DNA of 64,000 nt from Octopus bimaculoides (lineage: Eukaryota). Numbering within the stretch: position 1 is the first letter of the stretch; every line of letters starts with the position of its first letter. Location: assembly GCF_001194135.2 (NCBI RefSeq), contig NC_068987.1:2675039-2739038 (forward strand), read 5' to 3'. The notes under the pieces are model-generated. The model ran no database searches, was not told the DNA's origin, and saw nothing but the letters and a program-made list of their open reading frames with translations. Both the position numbers and the translations under genes were made by a program. Of the stretch, positions 36,017 to 49,394 are shown piece after piece.

Positions 36017-36242
36017 TGTGTGTAAATGTGTGTCTAAGTGAGTGTGCATGTGTGTGTGTGTGAGCGTGTGTGTGAGAGAGAGTGTGTGTGTGTGAGAAAG
36101 AGAGTGTGTATGTGTGTGAGAGAGAGAGGGAGAGAGAGAGAGTGTGTGTGTGTGTGTAAATGTGTGTCTGAGTGAGTGTGCATGTGTGTGTGTGTGAGCG
36201 TGTGTGAGAGAGAGTGTGTGTGTGTGAGAAAGAGAGTGTGTA

Positions 36243-36278
<36 letters not shown>

Positions 36279-36930
36279 TGTGTGTGTGTGTGTAAATGTG
36301 TGTCTGAGNNNNNNNNNNNNNNNNNNNNNNNNNNNNNNNNNNNNNNNNNNNNNNNNNNNNNNNNNNNNNNNNNNNNNNNNNNNNNNNNNNNNNNNNNNNN
36401 NNNNNNNNNNNNNNNNNNNNNNNNNNNNNNNNNNNNNNNNNNNNNNNNNNNNNNNNNNNNNNNNNNNNNNNNNNNNNNNNNNNNNNNNNNNNNNNNNNNN
36501 NNNNNNNNNNNNNNNNNNNNNNNNNNNNNNNNNNNNNNNNNNNNNNNNNNNNNNNNNNNNNNNNNNNNNNNNNNNNNNNNNNNNNNNNNNNNNNNNNNNN
36601 NNNNNNNNNNNNNNNNNNNNNNNNNNNNNNNNNNNNNNNNNNNNNNNNNNNNNNNNNNNNNNNNNNNNNNNNNNNNNNNNNNNNNNNNNNNNNNNNNNNN
36701 NNNNNNNNNNNNNNNNNNNNNNNNNNNNNNNNNNNNNNNNNNNNNNNNNNNNNNNNNNNNNNNNNNNNNNNNNNNNNNNNNNNNNNNNNNNNNNNNNNNA
36801 GTGTGTATGTGTGTGTGAGAGAGAGTGTGTGTGTGTGTGTGTGAGAAAGAGAGTGTGTATGTGTGTGTGTGTGAGAGAGAGAGTGTGTGTGTGAGAGAGA
36901 GAGTGTATGTGTGAGAGAGAGAGTGTGTGT
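36017..36930. repeat. Higher-order (about 135-140-nt) repeat of a compound (TG)/(GA) microsatellite spanning an N-gap
   Basis: TGTAAATGTGTGTCT(A/G)AGTGAGTGTGCATG restarts at about 36021, 36155 and 36292; related units resume after the gap. Confidence 0.75.
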
Positions 36931-37000
36931 GTAAATGTCTAAGTGTGTACGTGTGTATGTGCATGAGAGAGAGAGAAAGAGAGTGTGTGTGTGTGTATAA

Positions 37001-37045
<45 letters not shown>

Positions 37046-38315
37046 TACTGCTCTCCATGAAACCAACCAGACCCTGCTAAACCATCCAATCCATGTCGGA
37101 GAGAAAGAAAGACCTGATAATGATGAAGAAGAAGATGACATATACATACAAATACATACATTTTTACACACACACACACACACACACAAGTAAACGAAAT
37201 GACTGAGGAAGGAAGGTAACCAGGTCTGTTTTTGCAAGGAAAAGAGAGAGTTAAGTCAATCATAAATATATATATACATGTGTGTGTGTATGTATATATA
37301 TATATATATATAAATATATATAAATATACATATATTTTATGTTCAGTTTTTATGTTCAGTTATAATAGAAACAATTTTACATTAATCTGAAGGGTTACTC
37401 TGTACTTTTGTAAAGTACAGATTTAATATTCTTAAAGAAGAATAGTACTGACAGTGACTTCGAAGTTTCAGACAGTGTGTGTGAGTACATGTATGGAGAT
37501 GATGCATGGCAGCAAGTATGGTGATGTGGAATGCAGAAAACAGACAAAGTATGGCAGTCTACATTTTACATGCTTCAATCATTGGACTGTGGCCATGCTG
37601 GGGTACTGACTTAAGTTTTAGTCAGACAAACCGACTCCCGTACTTTCATGAGCAAAACACCCAAACCAGTAGGCCTCACACCTTCATATATTACATATAC
37701 ATATGTATATGTGTGTGTGTGTGTGTGTTTCATCATCATCATCATCATTTAACGTCCGCTTTCCATGCTAGCATGGGTTGTGTGTGTGTGTGTATATATA
37801 TATATATGTATATACACACACACACACATGCACATACACAAACAAATACATACATACAGAGAGTTATCACACAGTCTGTGTCTGCCCAAATTCCACTGAC
37901 CAGTGGTCAACCTGAGGCCATGGTAGAAGATCTTTGCCCAAAGTGTTGTATAGTGGGATTGAAATTGAAACCACCACCACCATCACCATCATTACCATGA
38001 CAGCTACTACCACCACCATCATCACCATCACCATGTTCTGAAGCAACTGGTATTAACGATTCCAGACCAGCCCCCACCCCACCCCCTGCTCCATCCAAGC
38101 CAGTAACACAACAGCAAAAGAAAATGAAGCACTTGACCTTCTGAGCTATCAGAGAAGATAGGAAGACAAACGACAGGGACAGTAACGCCTCTGTGTTGTT
38201 ATCAGAATGATGCCAATCTGTTGGTACAAAGTCAAACATGAAAAAGGTTGTTTACCTTTCAAAGGTCTCTGCAGATAGAGGGAAGGGAGAAAAATATAGG
38301 GGAACAACTAGAATT

Positions 38316-38353
38316 TACATCACTGATGAAGTCTCATAAGACTGGAACATGTC
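38316..38353 (+). ncRNA. Hammerhead-like core ending at the GUC cleavage triplet
   Basis: CTGATGA (38323-38329)-AGTCT-CATA-AGACT (perfect stem II)-GGAA (one core change)-CATG palindrome-TC (38352-38353). No stem I partner downstream. Confidence 0.5.
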
Positions 38354-38962
38354 TACTACCTTTCACCAGTGGCTTTTAAATGACACATCATCTGCTGATA
38401 TCCTGCAACCTCCAATATTTTGATCAACTCATTTCATTGGAGTTATCTCCCTTTTAGATTTCAGATTATCTCCTACACTAGGGGTTGTCAACCACTTTTT
38501 GCCTTTGATTCCTATTTCCCTTGAGCAGACCCTCATCACCATTCCATGTTTAAAACGTCCTATTACATTTTTATAATTAAATATTAAAGGCACCCATGCC
38601 GGTGACACCCTGGTGTCATGCAAATGGCACCATTGCCAATGACACGTAAAAGCACCCTGGTGTCACGCAAATGGGACCCGTGCCAGTGACACATAAAAGC
38701 AGAAAAAGGAAAGGTGGATTAGCTGGAGAATTACGAAGTAACATAGGCATTAATTTAACATGAGAAAAAAACATGGCTGTGTGGTAAGTAGCTTGCTTCC
38801 CAACCACATGGTTCAGGGTTCAGTCTCACTGCATGGCAACTCAAGCATGTGTCTTTTTCTATAGCCTTGGGCCAACCAAAGCCATGTGAGGGGATTTGGC
38901 AAAATGCCAGTCATGCTCACAAGGAACAGGGATTAAAGTATATATATATAGAGAGAGAGGGG

Positions 38963-39006
<44 letters not shown>

Positions 39007-39624
39007 TAAGCACACTCACACGTGTGTATATATATATNNNNNNNNNNNNNNNNNNNNNNNNNNNNNNNNNNNNNNNNNNNNNNNNNNNNNNNNNNNNNNN
39101 NNNNNNNNNNNNNNNNNNNNNNNNNNNNNNNNNNNNNNNNNNNNNNNNNNNNNNNNNNNNNNNNNNNNNNNNNNNNNNNNNNNNNNNNNNNNNNNNNNNN
39201 NNNNNNNNNNNNNNNNNNNNNNNNNNNNNNNNNNNNNNNNNNNNNNNNNNNNNNNNNNNNNNNNNNNNNNNNNNNNNNNNNNNNNNNNNNNNNNNNNNNN
39301 NNNNNNNNNNNNNNNNNNNNNNNNNNNNNNNNNNNNNNNNNNNNNNNNNNNNNNNNNNNNNNNNNNNNNNNNNNNNNNAGGGTGGGGGTGGGTGAAGGAA
39401 TGATACCTCAAAACAAAGTGTTTGGGGAATGGGTTGGGACGGGGTGGGAGTATCTTGATTATTACACACACACACACACACAGATAATGATCCTTACACA
39501 TATATCTCAGTTTATGCATATTAATGTATAGATACACACATTAAGCTAGATTAACGCGGCACGCACAAGTCTGTATATATGTATACACACACACACACAC
39601 AACAGTAATAATTGTCCTTTCTAC

Positions 39625-39830
39625 TATAGGCACAAGGCTTGAAATTTGCAGGGAGGGGGCCACTCGATTAGATCAACCTCAGTACGCAACTGGTACTTAA
39701 TTTATTGACTCTGAACGGATAAAAGGCAAAGTCGACCTCAGTGGAATTTGAACTCAGAACGTAAAGGCATGCGAAATACTGCTAAGCACTTCGCCCGGCG
39801 TGCTAACATGTCTGCCAGCTCCCCCCACCT
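39625..39830 (-). mobile_element. SINE family C, partially CpG-decayed
   Basis: GCACAAGGCTTGAAATTT..AAGTCGACCTCAGTGGAATTTGAACTCAGAACG..CGCCCGGCGTGCTAAC. Confidence 0.85.
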
Positions 39831-40267
39831 AATTGAAAGGAACTGAAAATTATTTCAGAATGATCCCTGGCTTACCATCCATGCAGGAAGTGCAAAAGAT
39901 TGCACTGAGAAGGACATTGTTGCTCTGAATTTTCTTCCCTTCTTATAGTCTTTATTTTATTTGCTTATTTTGTATTTTTTTTCATTTTTCTCTGTCTTCC
40001 CCTTTTTGTCCATCACATGACTTTGTAAATGAACAATCTGGTGTGTTTATTCTAATGGCCTACCAATGTATACAGTACATTTCTCTGCCCTAGGTGTCAG
40101 GAAGACACTCAGCAAGAAATGGAAACAGAATTGAAAGTAGATGCTATTGATTATAATGATAATGATAATAATTTTCTGTGACTCCTTCAAAATTTTGTTC
40201 ATCTCAGGGTCTCTTTGCTCTTTGTGGGTCGTGATTTCCACAGAGCTCCCAATGGATCATTCTTGCT

Positions 40268-40452
40268 ACATTGTTGAACAAATCGATCCCAGGACTTATT
40301 CTTTGTAAGCCTGTTACTTATCCTATCAGTTCCTTTTGCCAAACTGCTAAGTTACAGGGACGTAAACACAGCACATCAGTTGTCAAGCGATAGTGTTGGG
40401 AGAGGGGAACAAATACAGACACAAAGACACATACATAAACATATACATATAC

Positions 40453-40488
<36 letters not shown>

Positions 40489-40650
40489 GATGGGCTTCTT
40501 TCAGTTTCCGTCTACCAAATCCACTCACAAGGCTTTGGTCGGCCTGAGGCTATAGTAGAAGACACCTGCCCAAGGTGCCACGCAGTAGGACTGAACCCAG
40601 AACCATAAGGTTGGGAAGCAAGCTTCTCACCACACAGCCACGCCTGCACC
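40268..40650 (-). mobile_element. SINE family A, near full length
   Basis: Reverse of 12041-12455, including the internal (TA)n tract at about 40440-40485. Confidence 0.85.
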
Positions 40651-40701
40651 TATCATGATGATATATATATATCATCACCATCGTTATCATTAGATATACA
40701 T

Positions 40702-40734
<33 letters not shown>

Positions 40735-40971
40735 CGTGTGTGTTCATAGCCACTGACAAAATATACAGAATGTAGGTAAAAGCAGTAAGAAACTGTCCTG
40801 GTGCTCCAGCATGGCCAGACCGCACAATTATTTGTAACACACAAAGGAGGGCAGCGGCGTTATCAGGCTATAAAACATGTCGCTGTCCGTCTGTGACTCA
40901 GTCAATGTAACACAGAAATGTAACATCATGTTCGAACTTGCATCTCCAGCCGCTATCAGGAACAGCTCCCA

Positions 40972-41025
<54 letters not shown>

Positions 41026-41199
41026 TCACCGTTTTGTCTGAGGTGCGTGTGTGTGGTGGGGGGGAGCAGAGTAGATAAAACACTGAACAAAATTTGGAAA
41101 AACATGTGTGTGTGTGTCTGTGTATGTTTATACTGGTGTGTGTGTGCATGTACTAATGTATGTTTATATATATAAGCATATATGTATGTGAATGTATAG

Positions 41200-41239
<40 letters not shown>

Positions 41240-41721
41240 ATGCATTTTTATATTTGTGTGTGTGTATATGCATGTGTGAATTAGCATAAGAGAGGAGGAG
41301 GAGGAGGCATAAGAGGAGGTGATAATCTGTGGAAGATGGAGTCACCCTCTCTCCCACATCACCCCCACCTGTAAATTTGAAGATGTTTCTCTGTGAAAGT
41401 CAACAGATGTCATTTTGGATAACAAGTTAACATGGTAACAGACCACCACCACCTCCACAACTACTTCCACCACCACTACCATCACCCCTACCCAGTCATT
41501 TGGTTTGCTAGAAATGACAGGCAAATCTCTCTGAAATCATACCTTACTGTCTTACAAAAGGAAGGACACGTTAGATAATGTAATCCTAGATATACTGTGT
41601 CTGAATAAAAGACAAGTGATGATCGGAATATCTTTGATCAGAGGTTTGGTCAACGAGAGTTGACCTGTGGCTAAACATCAACAAGTTTCTTTCTTAATGA
41701 AGAATATCAAAACGAAACAGA

Positions 41722-41759
<38 letters not shown>

Positions 41760-42112
41760 TGTGTGTGTGTGTCTGTGTGTGTGTGTGGTCAAGAATTTTG
41801 CTTCCCAGCCATAAGGTTTTGGGTTCAATCAGATGACACCTTTGCACCACTCCGGCAACAACCCACCAACCCATGGGCCTGATTTGGTGATGGGTTTATG
41901 TAGTTAGAGTGCAAACTCTCCCTCAACTTCTTTTGGTTGCTTCTTACGACATGCAGAGGAAACGGTGGATTTATTCTTTGAGATACCAGGCCCCACACAG
42001 CACAGAACAAGGTTGATCACACACACACACACACGTTACATCATTGTTTAAGGTAGAAATTAATAAAAAGAATAAGTTTTAGTTTTCATATATATATATA
42101 TATATATATATA

Positions 42113-42440
42113 TCATCATCGTCATCGTTTAACGGCCGTTTTCCATGCTGGCATGGGTTGGACAGTTCAACTGGGGTCTGGGAAGCCAGGAGGCTGCACC
42201 AGGCTCCGGTCTGATCTGGCAGTGTTTCTACAACTTGATACCCTTCCAAACACCAACCACTCTGAAAGTGTAGTGGGTGCTTTTTTACGTGCCACCGGCT
42301 CAGGGGCCAGAGTGGGGTGGCATCAACCACGATCGGATGGTGCTTTTTACGTGCCACCAGCATGGAAGCCAGTCATGGCAGTGCTGGCATCGGCCACGTT
42401 CGGATGGTGCTTTTTACATGCCACTGGTATAGATTACAGC
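42113..42440 (-). mobile_element. Repeat family B with about 3 internal tandem units
   Basis: CATCATCGTCATCGTTTAACGGCCGTTTTCCATGCTGGCATGGGTTGGAC..GGTGCTTTTTACGTGCCACC x3. Confidence 0.85.
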
Positions 42441-43825
42441 TGTGGACTCACTTTATTTGCCGGGTCTTCTCAGTCATAGCATATCTCCAGTGGTCTCAGT
42501 CTTTTGTCTTGCCTCTGTGAGGCCCAACGTTCAAAGGTTGTGCTTCACCACCTCATCCTATGTCTTCCTGGGTCTACCTCTACCCCGGATTCCTTCCACT
42601 GCTTGGGATATATGTATATATATATATATATTTATATGTATGTATGTATGTATATGGCTAGCATTGTCAATAATTTTAATGACCATAACGGGAACATATT
42701 CTTAAAACAGATGATGATGAAGCTAAGACTTTGAAGACTTCCAGAGAAATCTGGAAGGTAATTTGAAAATATAAAATATGTGGTTATCATCATCATCATC
42801 AACATCATCATTGTGATTGGTGAAATGATGACTTGCAGGACAAGGGGTATGAAACACAAAGAATATCTTTAGTCACAGAAGAGTCTATCCGAAAACAGGG
42901 ACAAGCAACAAAGCACAACACTGCACTTATGAACAATAATGTTAATTAATGTGTCCTTCCATTTTTCAGATAGAAAGATTGTGATTTGAGGGAGATTTGA
43001 CTACTATTTCTTGAAGGTTGAGAGACCAAATATAGACTCATTGAGAATGGTGGTGGTTATTTCATTTCTGTGAAAGAAGCAGATAAAACCAGATAAGGTA
43101 AGTAGACCATACCATTGTTACAAAGGAGAGACACTCGAGATGGTTAAATATAAGAAAAACTAGTCTTTTTAGTTTGGTTTCCAGGTTTTTTGTTAATCTT
43201 TGCTGAAAATTCTAACTAAATTTAGAAGCGTGAAATAACTTCAACATGTGAGTCGAGAAAGAAACCACACAAGTTTCTGAACAAACAGAGTTATTTGAAC
43301 TAGTGTTGAAGTTACGGCCAACTTTGGTAGACACACACACACACACACACTGTGACATTTGAAAATTAGCATGAAAGACGGAGAATGAACGGTTTTTTCA
43401 GAGAATGAGTTGTGCGTGCTTCGAAAATGTGGATTAGATATGAAGTAATAAAAGTGGAGAAAATGTCAAGTTGAGTTTTGTTGATGGAAGGTGGAAGACA
43501 TATGCAAATGAGAGAAGAGACATGCAAAGCCAACTCGAACAGACGCCAACGTTTCAAGTCTGACATTTCATCCACGATAGCTGCACTCTCTAATATAAAC
43601 TATTCACTGAATTAAGGATAAAAACTAACATAAAAGAAAACTCAGTGAAAATTACAATAAAAAAAATACGACGAACAACTTTAGAAAAAGTCTGCATAAA
43701 AAGTTCTGGCAGAGTTTTGTGCTAGATTTGGTAAATAGTCTTCTTTTGATAGATAATACCAAAGACACAGTCTTAGATTGTTTAGAATTAATGCTTATTC
43801 TAATCTAATTCTCAAATATATTGGT

Positions 43826-43862
<37 letters not shown>

Positions 43863-43918
43863 GTATTTATGGAGAGAGAGAGAGAGAGAGCTAGACACAT
43901 ACACATAGATGTATGTAG

Positions 43919-43949
<31 letters not shown>

Positions 43950-44036
43950 GATAGAGAGAGAGAGAGATGTAATTATATACAGTATCAAATTTTGGCAAAG
44001 CAATTTTTTTTGTAGGGGAGTTAAGTCGATTAACAT

Positions 44037-44095
<59 letters not shown>

Positions 44096-44193
44096 NNNNN
44101 NNNNNATTTTGGTTTGTAGATACATTACCCATATAAATAAGGAAAGATGCAGTACAATTAAAATACACCAAACACACACACACATGCGTACGT

Positions 44194-44266
<73 letters not shown>

Positions 44267-47204
44267 ATGGATCCTTTATTGTTTACGGCAATAGTAATTC
44301 AGTTGTTTGATCGACTGAACTGTCTACTCTTTAACATATAAGTGGCTGAATACTCCACAGACAAATGTATCATTAACATAATTCTCAGGAGAAAAGGGCA
44401 TGGCCAAGTGACAAGGCCAGGCCCTTGACTTACAGGTGTAACCCCTTCCAACACCCTTAGACAGTTTACGTCCACCCCCTTTCATTCAGTAAGGCTTACA
44501 CTGATCCTTAGCTATGGTAGAAGTCCCTTATCAAAGATGGTGGAGGTGCATGGTTCAGTGATTAGGCTGTTGGACTCCTCCTGATCCAGTGATTGTGGTT
44601 TCAATCACTGGACTGGGCAATGCATTGTGTTCTTCAGCCAAACATTTTATTTCCACGTTGTTCCCGTCCACACAGCTGGCAACAGGGAGTAATCTTGCGA
44701 GAGACTGACAAACCCCATCCAAGCAGGGGTGCCCCAAAAATCAGGAAACCAGCACAACAAGATTATGCGACACAGGAAGGATCTTTATCCTTTTATATCC
44801 TAGCTTATCCAAGATACCATCCAGTGGAATTGATCCTGGGACATGGATTGTAAAACTAGCTCATTTACCATTTGGCCAAGGCGACAACCAGACTGGCGTC
44901 ATTATTATATTTTGCTAAAACCAGTCGATGAGGTGTAGGAGGAGTTGTGTAATAATGAAAGTGTTATGTCAAAGCACAACAGCAACTCATTTACTGTCAA
45001 CCTTGTTTTTTTTCTTGTTGCCTTGTTTGCCATGAAATGGGACAGGCTTAGAATGTTTGTTATTGGTGTGGTTGGAATTGGTTAAGCAGCCAGTGAGATC
45101 AGAGATGCTGTGTTCTGTAGACGATGTAAATCTGTTTTCAACATGTCAAGGTGACAACATGGTGCGATCAAGCAGGACTTTCCAGTCATTAAAGGGTTAC
45201 AATTTCTCAGAAGAAAAGGGGGAGGGCATGGCAAAAACATACCAACAAGAACAACAGCGAGTGTCAATTATCATTACTTGAATGGCCACAAGAAAGTTGT
45301 ATGTAAATCTTAATGGAAAATATTGCATGAAATAAAATGTAAGACAGACAAAAGATGAAAAAGAGGTTTGGAGAGGCAGGTGTGTGGGGGGAGAATTGTT
45401 GGTTAGATAAGGATTAGGGTTAGAAGTTCTGCTCCTCTGATTTGGAATGTTGCTGTTACAAGAAGGGCAAGAAGAAGATATGCAGTCAATGAAAAGCTAT
45501 CAATCTTCTGCTACGACATTTGCAATTTGTAGGAGAGAAAAATTGTGCCTTTTCCATGAGGAACAATTTTTGGGGTTGGAGACATACAAGAAAAACCAAA
45601 ACAACTACAACAAAAATATATATATATATATATATATAAAAAGAAAAGAAATCAATGAAATGAAGAAATAAAGAAGAGAAAGAACAAGAAAAGGTGACAG
45701 AAAATAAATTAGAAAGAGAGAAAAGATGAAGTAGTCAAGGTTTTTGTTGTTAATCTGGTTAGATTTTAGGGAGACAAATGAGAGGTAAGGGAGAAAAAAA
45801 AAGACGAAAATGACAAAATAAAACAAAAAGAAATGAGATGAATAAAGAATGACAAGATAAGGGGAGGAGGGAGAATGGGGGGGTATAAAAGGGCTGAAGA
45901 TTGATGAAGAATGGAAAGAGACGGACAGGGGGTGTTGGGGAGAGAAGAAGAAAGTCGGAGAAAAGATGAGAAAAATGTAAATATTAAGAAGAAGAAGAGT
46001 TGAAAGGTAGAAAAATAGCAACAACAACAACAAAAGGAGGCGGAAGATTGTTGGAAATGTTAAAAAGACAAAAACTGTTGAGTATTTATGTCGATGTTAG
46101 CAGTGGAATGTTCTGGTTACTATTTAGTAGAACAATATTCTATAAAAGAGATAATCAGAAAAGACAAAGCAATGAGGAATTGTAGAACAAGCGAGATGAC
46201 AGTGGCGGTGATGGTGGTGGTGGAATGAGGAGGAGGAGGTGGGGAGAAATAACGGCACCAGAGAACATGTGTAGATGTAACTGCTAAGAAACTGTCCTGT
46301 ATTTTCAGATGATTGATGTAAGAATTACATTGAGAAAACAACTTAATTAAGAGGAGATCAATGGGAATTAGGAAAACTGAAGTGAGATAATAAAAGGGGG
46401 ACAGGTAAATGAGGTCACCAAGTGCAGTTTCACCTTAGGTGAGATAGCGTACTTAGTGCTGGGTGTTAGTCAGTCTGTGACCCAATGGATGCAGTTGTTG
46501 GTCGGTCAGGAATCTAGTATTTACTGTCAGTCACTGGATGAACCAGTGTTGCATTGGTCAGTCTGTGGCCATTCTTTTCTGATTAAATAATAATAATAAT
46601 CCCTTCTACTAATAGGCATATGGCCTGAAAGTCTGTGGGGGAGGGGTTATTCAATTACATCAGCCTCAATACTCAGCTGATATTAGTTCTATTGACCTCC
46701 AAAAGGATGGGAGCCAAACCTGAAGAGACAAGCAATCACATTCTTGTCTTGTCTCTGAATGGAACAGAACAAAGAAAGCGAAGAACTCCTGTCTGTGTGT
46801 CTGCAGAAATATCTAACTTTCTTCCAGTTTGACTGAGAATTAAAACTGGACAAAGCCATACAAGAAATATACGGAGGATACAAAAACATGAAATGGTGGA
46901 AGTGAATTTCCAGATGAACAGGTCACTACACGACCGATCAATAAGAAAGCACCTCCTTGCCAGGGACTAGCATCCTATCCTGAGAGAGATTTTTATTTTA
47001 CTCCATGAAACACATGTCTGGCAAGAGGCTTTGTAGTGCTTAAGCAGCCTTTAGAGTGCATTGACAGAACTCAATCAGTATTTGGAAAGAATTCAGGGAA
47101 ATAATGTGGAAGTCAAAGTTGTAATTTATTAAGAAATACTTGAAAAATGATTTTGAGTTAATTATTAATCTGGGATGATATTTAGTGTTGATGTAGAGAT
47201 CCTA

Positions 47205-47395
47205 AAACCAACGTGCCAGATAAAAAGCATTCAGTGTATTATGGAGCAGTTGGTGTTAGGAAGGGCATCCAGTCGTAGAAACCAAGCCAAAACTGTCTGC
47301 AGAGACTGGTGCTGTCCCTGGTCTTACCAGTTCCTGTCAAGCTGTCTAAGCATGCGAAACGGATGTCAAATGATGATGATGACGATGATGATGTT
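47205..47395 (+). mobile_element. Repeat family B, 3' part
   Basis: GTTAGGAAGGGCATCCAG..GAAACGGATGTCAAATGATGATGATG. Confidence 0.75.
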
Positions 47396-49349
47396 GCCGA
47401 CTGCCACAGCCTCTCTCTTTCCTTCTCTCTCTCTCTCTCGTTTTAATATCAAACAAAACTCAGACAACCAGACCACCAAAGAATCAATTATTGTTTCTTC
47501 AAAAGGCAGATGGCTACAACCAATTGATGTTGTAAATGGGGGCTGCTTGAATTTCAGCAGATATGGGGCAAATATTTAAAAGATCGGCCATTTGGGAAGA
47601 ATCAATTGGACAGCAAGGAAGAATTAATTGAAATATTCCACCAGGAAGTAAACTTTTAGTGATATAGTGATAAACCAATATTATAAGGTTCCAGTGACGT
47701 AATCAAAGAACAACCAACAGACATTTCACATCATCTTCAAAACTATTCACAGAACATAGAATACCCTTGAATTAAAGGGTCTCCGTTGCTTTGATCCTTA
47801 AACTCAACCCCTTATTCTTTTCACCTTAACACAAATAAAATTAGATTTTCTTTTGGAGTTCTGCAAACATCTGTGCATAACAGATGCACAGATGCCCAGC
47901 AGTGAAACCGAATTGTTAGGGGACTCCACTGTTATAGGAGTCCCCCACCCATCATCTCTCTCTCTCTCTCTACCCAGGTCTTTCTTTTATTTCCCTTTCT
48001 AATATTATCTGCCTACATAAATATATACTTTAATGTTACCCAATCCTGAAAAAGAAAAAACCTGCCTGAAAACACAATAAAGGGACCAAAGGGGGTGGAG
48101 GTAGGGAGGTGATTTGAAGGAGGTGAGAAATTACTTGAAATGTTAGTTTATCTCTCTCTATTAAATAGTACCAGCAGTGCCTCCCTGTAGCATCTCTCTC
48201 TCTCTCTCTCTCGTGAAGACACTTGCCCAAGATACTGTGCAGCAGGCCCGAACCTGCGACCATGTGGTTGGGAAACAAGTTTCTCAACCACACAGACACA
48301 TCTGCATCTATTTGCTGACAAATATTTCCTCATTTCCCTGTCAATATTTTGAAGAACTGGTCAAATATTTTTGTTCTGTTACTGTGGGAGAAGAACAAGA
48401 AGAGGCAAATGGAGGTGGGCAGGTGTGGATTGCTGTGATTTAGGAATACATTTCTGATAGATTCCTAACTCTCTACACAGAGATGAACCAAATCCGACCA
48501 TTACGTCTCACCTCTGTCTGCCGTGACTCACTCTATAAGGAAATGATAGGCCAGCGCTTCCGCACTTGAACAAGGTTATTTATCGGAGAAATGACACAAC
48601 AACAGTATTAGATGTTATGGTGAAGGTCGATTTATATCAGTAACACTGTTTGTATGTATGACAGCAGGATGTAAAAAGTCCTCGGTTAATTGCACTGATA
48701 TAACAAGTCTAATTTGTTTCCTCAATTTATATTGAATATTGACGATGACAATGACGACGATGAAAACGACATTAAAGATAAAAGATCAGACAGCATTGCT
48801 GGTCCTGGTGTTCGATGGTGGACGGTGGCAATAATATTGCAGTAACTCAACAACTGTTAAAACTCTGAGTTATGTCAGCAAAATGATGTGGGATGTTTTA
48901 GACCTGATCTATGAGACCCTACGATCACAGGCAATCCAGCCATGATCATCATGTTTCAGACTAAATGAAATAAGATAACCTCTTTATTTAAGACAGTGAC
49001 CAGCAGTGTGGATGAGTGGTCTGGGGAAAGAGTTCAACATGTCCAGACTGTAAAAGTGAAGCACAAATGATTCACTTTGGTATATCACAATGGTTATTAA
49101 ACAAAAGACACAACTGACCAATTTGCTATATCAGAACTGACCAGTGGCTACACCACTACCACAACAACATTCCTGCTGACACCTAAATTTTGTTAATATG
49201 AAAGTTTTGGAGTTAAAAATCTGACAAAATTGGGAGAAAAAAAATGAGTAAAATATGGGTGAATATTTGTGTGGCTGGTGAAAGAGGAAGTGAGTGTGGA
49301 AGTGGGAGTCAGTATGTGGAAAGGTGAGAGTCAGTGTGGAAGTTTTAGA

Positions 49350-49394
<45 letters not shown>

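Noticed and set aside
43541-43576. Minus-strand TGGATGA..GAAACGTT Penelope-like end
   Set aside because: Two core mismatches and poor stems; at best a very old remnant.
8490-48530. Scattered AP-1 heptamers (TGACTCA/TGAGTCA at about 8492, 19958, 27704, 30742 and 48524)
   Set aside because: The number is about what chance predicts for a 7-mer in 64 kb.
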